A stretch of DNA of 64,000 bases, taken from assembly GCA_017431465.1 (NCBI GenBank), contig JAFRLA010000030.1, positions 276-64,275 on the forward strand. Reading direction: 5' to 3'. Each line of letters starts with the position of its first letter. Positions within the stretch are counted from its first letter, which is position 1. The notes beneath the pieces were generated by a model. That model ran no database searches and was not told the DNA's origin. It saw only the letters and a list, made by a program, of their open reading frames with translations. This DNA is from Candidatus Saccharimonadota bacterium. Its GTDB lineage: Bacteria; Patescibacteriota; Saccharimonadia; Saccharimonadales; Saccharimonadaceae. Position numbers and translations under genes: made by a program. This document shows positions 26,230 to 35,391 of this stretch, piece by piece.

Positions 26230-27258
26230 ATGACTGTAAAACGAACGAAACTTAGCATTGCTGCCGCGTTCGCAGCTCTATCAGTAGGGGTAAATATTTT
26301 AACACCAATTAACACCCAAGCCGCCGACGACAAGAGTGTTAATTCTAACGTTGGGCCGGCTTTTTTGCAGGTCTCGCCGACTAAACAGCGGATTTCTATC
26401 GAGCCAGGATCGCATTACGTATCCTCGTTCAAGGTCCAAAATATCGGAGAAACGACCTTCTCCTACAAGGCTTATGCAACGCCGTTTAATGTAATTAACG
26501 AGAACTACGAGTCTGATTATAGTACTCGCGGTACTTATAGCCAGATTTCTGAGTGGATTACCTTTGATTCCGCTACTGAGACCGGTACTTTGGATCCAAA
26601 TAGCGAGAAAGAAGTTTCTTTCACCGTTAATGTTCCAAAAGACGCCCCGGCTGGTGGTCAATATGCCGCTATCATGGCGGAGACCCAGGACGGTAGCTCA
26701 GAGGCGAACAACATCCGTACCGTTAACCGTGTCGGGATGATTCTTTACGCTTCTATCGCGGGCGAGACTAAAAAAGAAGGTCAAGTTCTTGAAAATAAGA
26801 TCCCAGGCTTCGTTTTGAACCCACCGCTAACTGCTACTTCCCTCGTCGAGAATACTGGTAACGTCGAGGCAACTGCGGAATATACCTTTAAGATCTGGAA
26901 GCTCTTTGATAAAGAGACAGTTTACTCTAACGAAGACAAGAAGGGGTCCTTAGATATTATGCCGGGCACGAAGCGTTTCGGCACTATCAACTGGGATGGC
27001 GCTCCAAAAATTGGTGTCTTCTGGGTTGAACAGACTATCAATTATCTCGGGAAGACTTCGACTAACAAGAAACTTGTGATTATCTGCCCGCTCTGGCTCT
27101 TATTCCTAATTCTTGCGGTAATCTTCTTCCTAGTCTTCTGGCTAGTCAGCCGTATCCGTAGTCGGAAACAGGCTAAAAACGGTGGCGAGTCTCCGAAACG
27201 CTCTCGCTCTCGCCGCAGCCTCATTAAGAAGGAGAAAAAAGATGAGAAAAAAGACTAA
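26230..27258 (+). CDS. surface protein with signal peptide and C-terminal TM anchor, DUF916/DUF3324 (CscA)-like architecture (cluster gene B)
   Basis: AGGAGG lies before the ATG at 26230, and the signal peptide ends TQA|ADD. It has two beta-sandwich-like halves, a C-terminal TM and a Lys/Arg-rich tail. It is a paralog of gene C. Confidence 0.75.
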   Translation: MTVKRTKLSIAAAFAALSVGVNILTPINTQAADDKSVNSNVGPAFLQVSPTKQRISIEPGSHYVSSFKVQNIGETTFSYKAYATPFNVINENYESDYSTRGTYSQISEWITFDSATETGTLDPNSEKEVSFTVNVPKDAPAGGQYAAIMAETQDGSSEANNIRTVNRVGMILYASIAGETKKEGQVLENKIPGFVLNPPLTATSLVENTGNVEATAEYTFKIWKLFDKETVYSNEDKKGSLDIMPGTKRFGTINWDGAPKIGVFWVEQTINYLGKTSTNKKLVIICPLWLLFLILAVIFFLVFWLVSRIRSRKQAKNGGESPKRSRSRRSLIKKEKKDEKKD

Positions 27259-28228
27259 TGGATTCCGCGTTTTAAGCCTTGTTGCTGCGACAATCCTTGG
27301 TCTAGGCTCTCTCCTGTCCTTTGTCCCGTCCGTCGGGGCAGAGGAGGGAGCCAAAGAGACTCAGAAGCCAGCCGTCTGGCTTCAAATCTCCCCAGTTTCC
27401 AATAAAGTCACATTGGTTGCTGGCGAAAAGAACGAATATAACTTTACGGTCTCGAATATTGGTTCTGAGACTTTTAGCTATCATGTCTATGCCGCTCCGT
27501 ACTCGATCAGCGATGAGGAATATAACGTTAATTTCTCTAACGAAACAAATCGTACTCAGATTTCTCGCTGGATTAAGTTCTACGACGCTGAGAATAAATT
27601 GACAGATCGAGCCGGCTTCACTATCAAAAGTGGCGAAAAACAGACGATCAATTACCAAATTTCCGTCCCGGAAGATATCCCGGCCGGCGGCCAATATGCT
27701 ACGATCTTTGCCGAATCTGACGAAACTGAAGGTGAGCTCTCTAGCTCTGGAATTAAAACCGTTTCGCGGGTTGGCCTAATTGTCTATGGTCGTACAGAAG
27801 GGGAGACCGAAGATAAAGCCAATATTACTGATTTTAACATCCCGACTTTTCTAACCTCCGGTAAAATTAGTGCCGATTCTCGGGTAGAAAACAACGGTAA
27901 TACCGATTTTGAGGTGGTTTACGAATTCGAAGTAAGTTCGATTTTCGGGAAACAACTTTTTGTAAAGAATAACGCCTATAATATTCTCCCAGATACTGCT
28001 CGTCATGTTAAAACCGAATGGGAAGAAACCCCGATGATGGGCTTTTATAAAGTTCATTATAAAGTCGCCGCTTTGAACGGTGAAACCACTCGTGAAGCTA
28101 CTAAGATTGTAGTCATAATGCCAATTTGGATGATAATTATAAGCATAATCCTATTGACATTTATCATCGTTTGGGTTATAATCCTTATTAGGAAGCGCAA
28201 AGAGCGCAAGTCCCGCCTCCTCGTCTAG
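27242..28228 (+). CDS. paralog of gene B (cluster gene C), with the same architecture
   Basis: AAGGAG lies before the ATG at 27242, and the gene overlaps the end of gene B by 17 nt. Motifs shared with gene B are LQ[VI]SP, NIG.ETFSY, QIS.WI.F, PAGGQYA.I.AE, TV.RVG.I.Y and VEN.GN. It ends in a TM plus RKRKERK. Confidence 0.75.
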   Translation: MRKKTNGFRVLSLVAATILGLGSLLSFVPSVGAEEGAKETQKPAVWLQISPVSNKVTLVAGEKNEYNFTVSNIGSETFSYHVYAAPYSISDEEYNVNFSNETNRTQISRWIKFYDAENKLTDRAGFTIKSGEKQTINYQISVPEDIPAGGQYATIFAESDETEGELSSSGIKTVSRVGLIVYGRTEGETEDKANITDFNIPTFLTSGKISADSRVENNGNTDFEVVYEFEVSSIFGKQLFVKNNAYNILPDTARHVKTEWEETPMMGFYKVHYKVAALNGETTREATKIVVIMPIWMIIISIILLTFIIVWVIILIRKRKERKSRLLV

Positions 28229-28312
28229 GAGTTATAGAGAAGGCGCGGGCTTGAACTGCGAGCTGTTCTCTGCGAAGCCAAAATAAAAACCTAAAAAGAA
28301 AGAGTGTGAAGT

Positions 28313-29236
28313 ATGCAAATAAGCAAAAAACATCTTTTTGGCATAGGTGGTTTGGTTGCCGTAGCAGCTACTGTTGCCTATGCCTCGACTTTGCCTGCTC
28401 CAGACGCCGACGCTACAGGGAGCGTTAGTGGGCAAGTTAAGGTTTCCGTCAATGTTTATGGGGAGAATCCAGAGGTTCGGATTACTACCATTAAAGACGG
28501 GGACGTTTTTGTCGATGGCAATATCGACATTGGCGCTATCTATACTGTTGCAGAATCTTTGGACTACCAACTCTGCAAAAACTATGGTGAAGCCAATGAA
28601 TATTGCGCCAATCTTGGTACAAACGGGACATATACCCCAGAGACTATACCAGAATCGGGCGAGCGCGCTTTCGGTTTCGACTTAGACTCTGATCCAAACC
28701 TTGGTTTCGGTGATTATGTCTTAAAAGTCGTAAACCATGCCTATAACGGCACTGTCGAAGACGCAGTATCGTTTAAATATGTACCGATAAAAATCACTAC
28801 GGTTGGTACGGCCGAGAATGGTGATCCGATCGTTGAAGTAGAGTATGCCGCAAAGATTAACTCGTTTGATCTCCAAGCATACGATAAAGATGATAAGCCG
28901 CTGTTTGATAATGCATTGAATATTAGTGTGGATAATCCAGGGGTCAGCGGCACAAAGCAGGTAACCTTGCCGTTCGCGAGCTATGGAGCAGCGAGTGGTG
29001 ACTATACCGTGTCGGCTCAGGGCCGAGGGGCTGATGGCACGATCTACACTGGCCAGATCGCTTACACTGACGTAAAATATCAGGCTCCGGACGCTCCAGA
29101 GGTGCCAAAAACTGGTGGCTTACTCCAGAGTTTAAATATTACTAAATCAGATTATATTATCACAGGAGTAATCGTGTTTGTACTTGCTACTGCTTTCGCG
29201 GTCCGCACGTTAAAAAAACGTAACAACCGACGCTAA
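28313..29236 (+). CDS. sortase-substrate-type surface protein (cluster gene D)
   Basis: It has a signal peptide and an Ig-like repetitive body. The C-terminal sorting signal is VPKTG (nt 29102-29116), followed by a hydrophobic segment and KKRNNRR. Confidence 0.75.
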   Translation: MQISKKHLFGIGGLVAVAATVAYASTLPAPDADATGSVSGQVKVSVNVYGENPEVRITTIKDGDVFVDGNIDIGAIYTVAESLDYQLCKNYGEANEYCANLGTNGTYTPETIPESGERAFGFDLDSDPNLGFGDYVLKVVNHAYNGTVEDAVSFKYVPIKITTVGTAENGDPIVEVEYAAKINSFDLQAYDKDDKPLFDNALNISVDNPGVSGTKQVTLPFASYGAASGDYTVSAQGRGADGTIYTGQIAYTDVKYQAPDAPEVPKTGGLLQSLNITKSDYIITGVIVFVLATAFAVRTLKKRNNRR

Positions 29237-29276
29237 GCAAAATTAAGAATTAAAGTTTGTTTTTGGCTAATCTTTT

Positions 29277-29305
29277 GAAGTGCTTCTGCTTGGCAGAGGC
29301 ACTTC
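29277..29305 (+). terminator. 13-bp hairpin after the cluster (no T-run)
   Basis: gaagtgcttctgc-ttgg-gcagaggcacttc. Confidence 0.4.
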
Positions 29306-29385
29306 GTTCATGAGACATAAGTGCTTTTCTTTTTACAATAAATATGCTACAATTTACTTAATATAATTTAAAGGAGTTCATAATA

Positions 29386-29721
29386 ATGAGCGAAACTGCT
29401 AAAACCCCAGCTAAAAATGGTGAAGAAGCTGCAAAGCCAATGGCGACCGCTTCTTTGATTCTCGGTATCGTTGCTACCGCGACCGCTATCTTGCCGATTC
29501 CATACATCGGTTTTCTTGGCTTCGTCGGCGGTATTGTCGGTATCGTATTAGCTGCTAAATCCCGCAAAATCGCTAAGACTAGCGTTGGCACTGCCGGCTT
29601 AGTTCTCTCGATTATCGGTGTTGCTGTTACTGCAGTTGCGATCATCTGCGTACTTGCTTGTGTTGGTACGCTCGGCGCGGCTGGTGCTTTCAATGGCGCT
29701 AACTGGAACATTACTTACTAG
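29386..29721 (+). CDS. small membrane protein (DUF4190-like pattern)
   Basis: AAAGGAG SD lies upstream. It has two or three TM helices with a GIVLAAKSRK loop. It is preferred over the mirror ORF on the minus strand. Confidence 0.6.
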   Translation: MSETAKTPAKNGEEAAKPMATASLILGIVATATAILPIPYIGFLGFVGGIVGIVLAAKSRKIAKTSVGTAGLVLSIIGVAVTAVAIICVLACVGTLGAAGAFNGANWNITY

Positions 29722-29736
29722 TAGTTAAAACTCTGA

Positions 29737-29764
29737 CTGTCCCGGTTTGCGCTGGGGCAGTTTT
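29737..29764 (+). terminator. rho-independent terminator-like hairpin
   Basis: ctgtccc...ggggcag followed by TTTT. Confidence 0.5.
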
Positions 29765-29781
29765 GGACTTTGAATTTTTAG

Positions 29782-30582
29782 ATGTTTCCGCTAATTAATA
29801 TTTTCGGCACTGAAATCTCGACGTATGTTATCGCTGCGACAGCCGGGCTAATTTTGTCGCTTTTTCTGGCGATGCGTTCTGCGCGGCGGCTAAAGGTTGA
29901 GGATAGCGATATCATTTTTCTGATGCTCTTTATGGGGATCGGGCTTTTTATCGGCGGTCATCTCGTATATGGTCTAACGAATTTCGATAAACTGATCTGG
30001 GTATTTTCGCATCTAAACGAAATCCCGTCTTTTGGGACTTTTTTGGAGATGCTTGGATTTATTTTTGGCGGCCAAGTCTTTTATGGCGGCCTGATCGGCG
30101 GGCTAATCTCAGCTTACATTTACCTCCGTGTGACGAAACGCGATGTTGCCAAATATTTCTATATCATCGCGCCGTTCATCCCGCTCTTCCACGCTTTTGG
30201 GCGGATTGGCTGTTTTCTTGGCGGATGTTGTTACGGCATAGAAATGAACCACGGAGTAGTCTTTCACCATTCGCTCGCGCCGGGAGCGAACGATGTCCCG
30301 CGTTTGCCGGTTCAACTAATCGAGGCTTTTTGTAACTTTGCGCTCTTTGGAGTGTTGTATTATTTACAACGGAAAGGGAAGTGTCAGAAGAATTTAATCT
30401 TTATCTACTTGCTAAGCTACAGCATTGTTCGCTTCGTCGACGAATTCTTTCGCGGCGATATGTACCGCGGTTTTATCGGTCCGTTTTCTACTTCGCAAAT
30501 CATTAGCCTTGGGCTTTTTGTGTTCTCAGTCGGAGCGCTGATCAAGATTTCTCGATCGCATCGTCATAAAAAGACGGGCTAG
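29782..30582 (+). CDS. lgt: prolipoprotein diacylglyceryl transferase
   Basis: The HAFGRIGCFLGGCCYG motif and a polytopic membrane profile. Confidence 0.9.
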   Translation: MFPLINIFGTEISTYVIAATAGLILSLFLAMRSARRLKVEDSDIIFLMLFMGIGLFIGGHLVYGLTNFDKLIWVFSHLNEIPSFGTFLEMLGFIFGGQVFYGGLIGGLISAYIYLRVTKRDVAKYFYIIAPFIPLFHAFGRIGCFLGGCCYGIEMNHGVVFHHSLAPGANDVPRLPVQLIEAFCNFALFGVLYYLQRKGKCQKNLIFIYLLSYSIVRFVDEFFRGDMYRGFIGPFSTSQIISLGLFVFSVGALIKISRSHRHKKTG

Positions 30583-30625
30583 CCTCTTCCATCTTTTAGT
30601 ATACTATGTTATAATAATAGTAAGT

Positions 30626-30702
30626 GGACGATTAGCTCAGTTGGCTAGAGCGTCTCATTGACGTTGAGAAGGTCGGGGGTTCGACTCCCTCATCGTCCAC
30701 CA
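30626..30702 (+). tRNA. tRNA-Val (GAC)
   Basis: Cloverleaf GGACGAT...ATCGTCC-A-CCA with anticodon loop TTGACGT. Confidence 0.92.
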
Positions 30703-30723
30703 ATCCAGATTAGATGACCCTTC

Positions 30724-30752
30724 AAGGTCATTGTTCTTGACCTTCTGTTTTT
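30724..30752 (+). terminator. terminator after tRNA-Val
   Basis: aaggtca-ttgttct-tgacctt followed by ctgTTTTT. Confidence 0.6.
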
Positions 30753-30768
30753 ATTTGGCTTATACTAA

Positions 30769-30879
30769 AATTGTTATAACAACGCCTACTACCTGGTCCT
30801 GAATAGCTCCGATGTCTACCCTCAGCTCTACAACTCCAAGTGGCTCGGGTTTACTGTACGCTGCGTAGCTGCTAGCTAG
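30769..30879 (+). pseudogene. start-less remnant of a FISUMP (Fibrobacter succinogenes major paralogous) domain C-terminus
   Basis: It encodes NCYNNAYYLVLNSSDVYPQLYNSKWLGFTVRCVAAS-stop, bounded upstream by TAA. The region 30781-30879 is about 87% identical (13 mismatches in 99 nt) to 42812-42910. Confidence 0.65.
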
Positions 30880-30930
30880 TACTAGGGCTCTGGGCAGCCC
30901 CAGGGGCGCCGCCCAGCAACCGCCCAAGCC

Positions 30931-30957
30931 AAAAAATCACCCCCGACAAGGGGGCGA
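30931..30957 (-). terminator. rho-independent terminator of rpmA
   Basis: On the minus strand: tcgccccc-ttgtc-gggggtga followed by TTTTTT. Confidence 0.6.
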
Positions 30958-30984
30958 TTTTACGAAAGCGGCCAAAGCTAAAAC

Positions 30985-31257
30985 TTAGCGCACTTCGACG
31001 CGCACGCGTGGCACATTTTTACCAGAAAAATGCGATTTTTTCGTTTTGACGAAAGTGACGACGCCGTCTTTTGCGGCATGAATCGTAAAGTTGCGAGACA
31101 TATAAGTACCTGGGCCAGCGATTTTTGTACTACCGGTCTGACGAACTAGGACCTCGCCGTTCTTAACTTTCTGGCCACCAAAGCGCTTTACGCCAAGGCG
31201 CTGACCAGCATTATTATGGATATTTTTCGAGCTACCGCCCGCTTTAACGTGTGACAT
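30985..31257 (-). CDS. rpmA: 50S ribosomal protein L27
   Basis: Motifs KAGGSSKN...RLGVKRFGGQ and VRQTG. Confidence 0.92.
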   Translation of the reverse strand: MSHVKAGGSSKNIHNNAGQRLGVKRFGGQKVKNGEVLVRQTGSTKIAGPGTYMSRNFTIHAAKDGVVTFVKTKKSHFSGKNVPRVRVEVR

Positions 31258-31258
31258 A

Positions 31259-32392
31259 CTATTTCTTCCTTAAAATTAATATTTCTCGGGCTACGATTTG
31301 TCCAGCTCGCGCATACAACAAATCGGACCCAAAATCTTTGTTTACATTATACCCCAGTTCAACAATCTTGTCAACAAGATTTAGACGCGAATAACTATCG
31401 TCCGGTCGAAGCCATGCTGGTACCGCCAAAACCACCGGCGTCCCAGATTTAATTTGCGGCGCAAGATTCTTTAAAAATCCGAGCAAAATACCCCCACACT
31501 CCTGTTTTGCCTCTTTTAACTTAATCTCTACTGGCGTCTGAGACATTGGCGGCCCAAGATAAGTCTCGCACGCCACTGCGTCAATCGGCCCGGCCCACTG
31601 AAAATCAGTGGCGTCCCCGGTGCTGACCGAAAAAGGTAGCGCATCTTGCGACATCTGGAGCCCGGCCGCCAGCCAGCGAAGGTTTTTCTCAGAATATTCA
31701 ACCATCCGCTCAGACAAATCCGTTCCGTACGCTGCGTAGCCCATCAAAATCGCTTCTTGCAAAACTACTCCCGTCCCGCAGAACGGATCAAGCACTCGTG
31801 CGCCATCCGGAAGTTCCCCACAAAGGTTGATCAGGATTTGTGCTAATTTCGGCGGCAACATCCCAACCCGGGCGTCTCGCGCCGGGCGCGCCTGGTCACG
31901 CCGAGCATATGCGGTAATATTTTGTGCCCCGATTGATCGGTACCAATCTTTGCCGACCCGCATTAGCTCAACATGCAGTGGCTTATCGAAAACTCCTAAT
32001 CCATTATGATGCGCCGCGGCAGTAGAAATTGCTGACCCGGCCGAGTTTGGCAAAACGCGTACGCTTCGCCCGGCCTTCTTAAGGACGCGCTTTAGTTTTA
32101 AGGCCTCACTAGCGGCCGATCGTGCAGATGCTCGCATAGAATAGTCCGAAACTCCGAGTGTGATTTTACCTTCTGGCAAAGAAGACAAAAATTTCGCAGG
32201 CGAAACGGACAATAGCTCGCCAAATTTCAAACTCCCTCCGAATCGTGATAACTCTGGGCGAGAATTAGCAGAAAAAGTAGCTAAACTAGAACCTTTGACA
32301 ACTGGCGAAATAGACTCTACGTCGCCAAATTGTGCGCGCAGTTCCGCCAGAGAAATTTCCGGCTGCCGTCCTAAAATCGCCAGATAACGCAT
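31259..32392 (-). CDS. putative SAM-dependent RNA/DNA methyltransferase (UPF0020/Trm11-like)
   Basis: Motif I VLDPFCGTGVVLQEA sits in the C-terminal half. A minus-strand TATAAT (32399-32404) lies 6 nt before the ATG. Confidence 0.65.
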   Translation of the reverse strand: MRYLAILGRQPEISLAELRAQFGDVESISPVVKGSSLATFSANSRPELSRFGGSLKFGELLSVSPAKFLSSLPEGKITLGVSDYSMRASARSAASEALKLKRVLKKAGRSVRVLPNSAGSAISTAAAHHNGLGVFDKPLHVELMRVGKDWYRSIGAQNITAYARRDQARPARDARVGMLPPKLAQILINLCGELPDGARVLDPFCGTGVVLQEAILMGYAAYGTDLSERMVEYSEKNLRWLAAGLQMSQDALPFSVSTGDATDFQWAGPIDAVACETYLGPPMSQTPVEIKLKEAKQECGGILLGFLKNLAPQIKSGTPVVLAVPAWLRPDDSYSRLNLVDKIVELGYNVNKDFGSDLLYARAGQIVAREILILRKK

Positions 32393-32426
32393 ACTATAAT
32401 TATACCATATCTGTTATAATAGTTCT

Positions 32427-33602
32427 ATGGAAGAATTAAATGCTGAATCCCCGAGATTTTCCGTTTCCGAATTTATTGCTGTTACGAACCAAACTCTGGA
32501 ATATTCTCAAGAAAACGGCGTTTTAGTGGAAGGCGAAGTTTTTGAATTTAAAGTTAACCAAGGTAAATGGGTCTTTTTCGATCTTAAAGACGAAGAGGGA
32601 AGCATCAGCTGTTTTATGCCGCTCTGGCAGCTTCGTATTCCGCTCGAAGATGGCATGAAAGTGGTCGTTAAAGGCTCGGCAAAAGTTACAAATTGGGGCA
32701 GGTTCTCTTTCACGGTTCAGAAGATCATGCCAGTCGGAGAGGGAAGCATCAAAAAGAGTTTTGAGAAGCTGAAGAAGAAGTTGGAAAAAGAAGGTCTGTT
32801 CGCGGCAGACAAAAAACGCCCATTGCCAGAAGATTTGACAAAAATTGGCGTGATTTCATCAACTTCCGCCGCTGGCTTCGCAGATTTTTGTAAAATTATC
32901 AACGCTAGATGGGGCGGGCTGGACATCAAAGTTTGTCATACCCAAGTCCAAGGTCTCGCTGCTCCCGATCAGATTATCCGCGCGTTGAAATATCTAAACG
33001 AGCGCGGCGAAGTCCAGGTCATCGCGATTATTCGCGGCGGTGGCTCGGCCGACGACCTCGCTTGTTTTAACGACGAAGAATTAGTTCGCGCAATTGCCAG
33101 TTCGAAAATCCCAGTTATTACCGGTATTGGCCACGAAGTCGATGAGTCTCTTTCGGATCTTGCCGCCGACATCCGCGCCTCTACCCCGAGCAACTGTGCG
33201 GAAATGCTATCAAAAGATCGTGTCGCCGAGTCTAACAAAGTAAAAGACTTGCTTTCTCACGCCCGTGCCGGCCTGCTTCAAAAAATTGATTACGAAAAAG
33301 AAAGTCTCGCGAATACGGTTATTGCAATGAATGCTGCCGTCAGCAAACATTTAGACGCTTTGTCGGCCAAAGTCGAAGATAATTTACAGAAAATTCGTCG
33401 CGAAGTTTTTGCAAAGTTAGACCGCGCCGAAAGCGACCTCGCGCACAATTTAAAAATCATCAATAGCCTAAATCCAGATCAAGTACTCGCGCATGGATAT
33501 GCTATTTTGTCTGGCAAAATTAGTCCCGGTAATGTTGTAAAAATAACAACATTAAAACAGGAAGCGACCGCTCAAATTAAAAAAGTAAAAGAAAGGAAAT
33601 AA
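32427..33602 (+). CDS. xseA: exodeoxyribonuclease VII large subunit
   Basis: N-terminal OB fold, IGVISS...A...D, RGGGS.DDL and ISAIGHE-like GIGHEVD. Confidence 0.9.
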   Translation: MEELNAESPRFSVSEFIAVTNQTLEYSQENGVLVEGEVFEFKVNQGKWVFFDLKDEEGSISCFMPLWQLRIPLEDGMKVVVKGSAKVTNWGRFSFTVQKIMPVGEGSIKKSFEKLKKKLEKEGLFAADKKRPLPEDLTKIGVISSTSAAGFADFCKIINARWGGLDIKVCHTQVQGLAAPDQIIRALKYLNERGEVQVIAIIRGGGSADDLACFNDEELVRAIASSKIPVITGIGHEVDESLSDLAADIRASTPSNCAEMLSKDRVAESNKVKDLLSHARAGLLQKIDYEKESLANTVIAMNAAVSKHLDALSAKVEDNLQKIRREVFAKLDRAESDLAHNLKIINSLNPDQVLAHGYAILSGKISPGNVVKITTLKQEATAQIKKVKERK

Positions 33603-33603
33603 T

Positions 33604-33804
33604 ATGGCCGAGAAGAAAACTATCAACCAAAAAATTGACGAATTAAATAATTCTGTCGAATGGTTTTATGGAGACGATTTCGTTTTGGAAAAAGCTCCAG
33701 AAAAATACCAGTCCGCAGTCAAATTGGCTAAAGATATTCAAAAAGATCTAGACGATCTAAAGAACAAAATTGAAGTGATCGACAAAGACTTTTCAAAAGC
33801 ATAA
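33604..33804 (+). CDS. xseB: exodeoxyribonuclease VII small subunit
   Basis: 66-aa helical protein immediately after xseA (1-nt gap). Confidence 0.8.
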   Translation: MAEKKTINQKIDELNNSVEWFYGDDFVLEKAPEKYQSAVKLAKDIQKDLDDLKNKIEVIDKDFSKA

Positions 33805-33825
33805 GCATAGTGTATAATATAACTC

Positions 33826-34659
33826 ATGAACGATGGGCAAAATCCGGGATTTGTTCCCCAATCACAACAACCACAACCAAATCCAGCGCCGAATACTTTC
33901 GCAGCTGCTACTAACGGACAACAATTCCAAAGTACACAAGCGGCTACGCCGGTCTTTAATGCCGGGAATGCTATTCCGCAGATGGGAAACAATGCGGTCT
34001 CGAACGCTTCGCCAATTTCCGGAGATCGTCGCCCACTAACGTTCATCGTTATTATTATTGTAGTTAGTTTAATTGCTGTAACTTTTATCGGTCTATTCAT
34101 TTGGATGGCCGCGCAGTATTCCGAAGTTAATGGCGACGTCGAAGGCAAAGTCACCGCGGCAGTCGCTGAGGCCGTAAACGAGAATACGAAAAAACTAGAG
34201 GACGAATTTACTGAGCGCGAAAAATCGCCTTACCGGACTTTTTCTGGCCCGGCCGACTACGGCGAACTCTCGTTTAAATATCCGAAGACTTGGAGTGTTT
34301 ATGTTGCTAAAGACGCAAGCGATGGCGGAGACTTCGAAGCTTACCTAAATCCGGACGTCGTACAGCCTGTCGGGAGTGAGACCATCAACGCTTTACGCGT
34401 CTCGATCAAAGACTCTTCGTACGATACTGTTGAAAAGGCCTACGAAAGTAACATTAAGGCTGGTAAACTAACTGTTGCGGTCCGCCAGGTCGGTGGTGCG
34501 AATGCGAATATTTATACTGGCGAACAGCCAGCTGGCAAGATTCAGGGCATCGCCGCGCTAATCAAACTTCGCGACAAGGCGGTCGTTATTCAAACTGACG
34601 CGATGGTTTTTGAAAAAGATTTTTACAATCTTCTCGACACAGTTTCATATAAGTCGTAA
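33826..34659 (+). CDS. hypothetical single-pass membrane protein with a Gln/Pro/Asn-rich N-terminus
   Basis: A disordered N-terminus, one TM and an extracytoplasmic globular domain. TATAAT at 33813-33818 lies 7 nt before the ATG. Confidence 0.6.
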   Translation: MNDGQNPGFVPQSQQPQPNPAPNTFAAATNGQQFQSTQAATPVFNAGNAIPQMGNNAVSNASPISGDRRPLTFIVIIIVVSLIAVTFIGLFIWMAAQYSEVNGDVEGKVTAAVAEAVNENTKKLEDEFTEREKSPYRTFSGPADYGELSFKYPKTWSVYVAKDASDGGDFEAYLNPDVVQPVGSETINALRVSIKDSSYDTVEKAYESNIKAGKLTVAVRQVGGANANIYTGEQPAGKIQGIAALIKLRDKAVVIQTDAMVFEKDFYNLLDTVSYKS

Positions 34660-34698
34660 GCGTTTTTCACGCGCCAGGAGTTGTGCTAAAATAAAACT

Positions 34699-35391
34699 AT
34701 GGAAAGCGAGGTAAATGGTATTTTGGTTGCTGCTCACGAGCTAAAGGCTCCATTATCGCTTCTGCGACAACTTGCCTTCTCGCTAGAACTTACGGAAGAT
34801 GACACTGCGGCGCGTACAAAAATTCAGCATCAGATGATCGACGTTTCCGATCGTGCCCTGAAGCAAGTCTCAGATTTAACGAAGATTGCGCGACTCGACG
34901 ATGGGCTGTTTGAAATGGAGCCGGTCGCTATCCGTGGGGTTTGCGACGAAGTGACTAGTGAACTTCGCCATCTTTTTCGCTATAATCATAAAAAACTTGA
35001 GACATCCTATACGAACCATTCGCGACTTGTCGTCGCGAATCGTGAACTTTTATATAGCGTGATTTATAATTTCTGTTTAAACGCGATGCACTATTCCGAC
35101 AAAGACTCGCGCTCCGAACTGACCGTCCGAGATTATCAAGACAAAGTACGTTTTCTAGTTCGCGATTTTGGACCGAGTCTCCCGACTGACGTTTGGCGTA
35201 GCCTAAAGAAAGGCTGGGTCGAAAAGCCTACTTCCATTGCAATGCGTCCGGGTAGTTCCGGGTTAGGGCTTTATATTGCCTCGAAATTCTCACAATATAT
35301 GGACGCAAATGTTGGTGCAATTCGTCATCGTGACGGCACTAGCTTCTTTGTCGATTTGCCAGTTTCTAAACAAGCGAGTTTATTCGTATGA
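34699..35391 (+). CDS. soluble minimal histidine kinase (HisKA plus HATPase core only)
   Basis: The H-box AAHELKAPLS is at residue 12. The N box (NAMHYS), G1 (DFGPS) and G2 (GSSGLGL) are present. There is no TM or sensor domain. Confidence 0.8.
   Translation: MESEVNGILVAAHELKAPLSLLRQLAFSLELTEDDTAARTKIQHQMIDVSDRALKQVSDLTKIARLDDGLFEMEPVAIRGVCDEVTSELRHLFRYNHKKLETSYTNHSRLVVANRELLYSVIYNFCLNAMHYSDKDSRSELTVRDYQDKVRFLVRDFGPSLPTDVWRSLKKGWVEKPTSIAMRPGSSGLGLYIASKFSQYMDANVGAIRHRDGTSFFVDLPVSKQASLFV

Noticed and set aside
29358-29711. 117-aa minus-strand ORF mirroring the plus-strand ORF at 29386-29721.
   Set aside because: Both frames are hydrophobic. The plus-strand ORF has an AAAGGAG SD at the correct spacing, an upstream tgctacaat -10 and a downstream terminator, and the minus-strand ORF has none of these.
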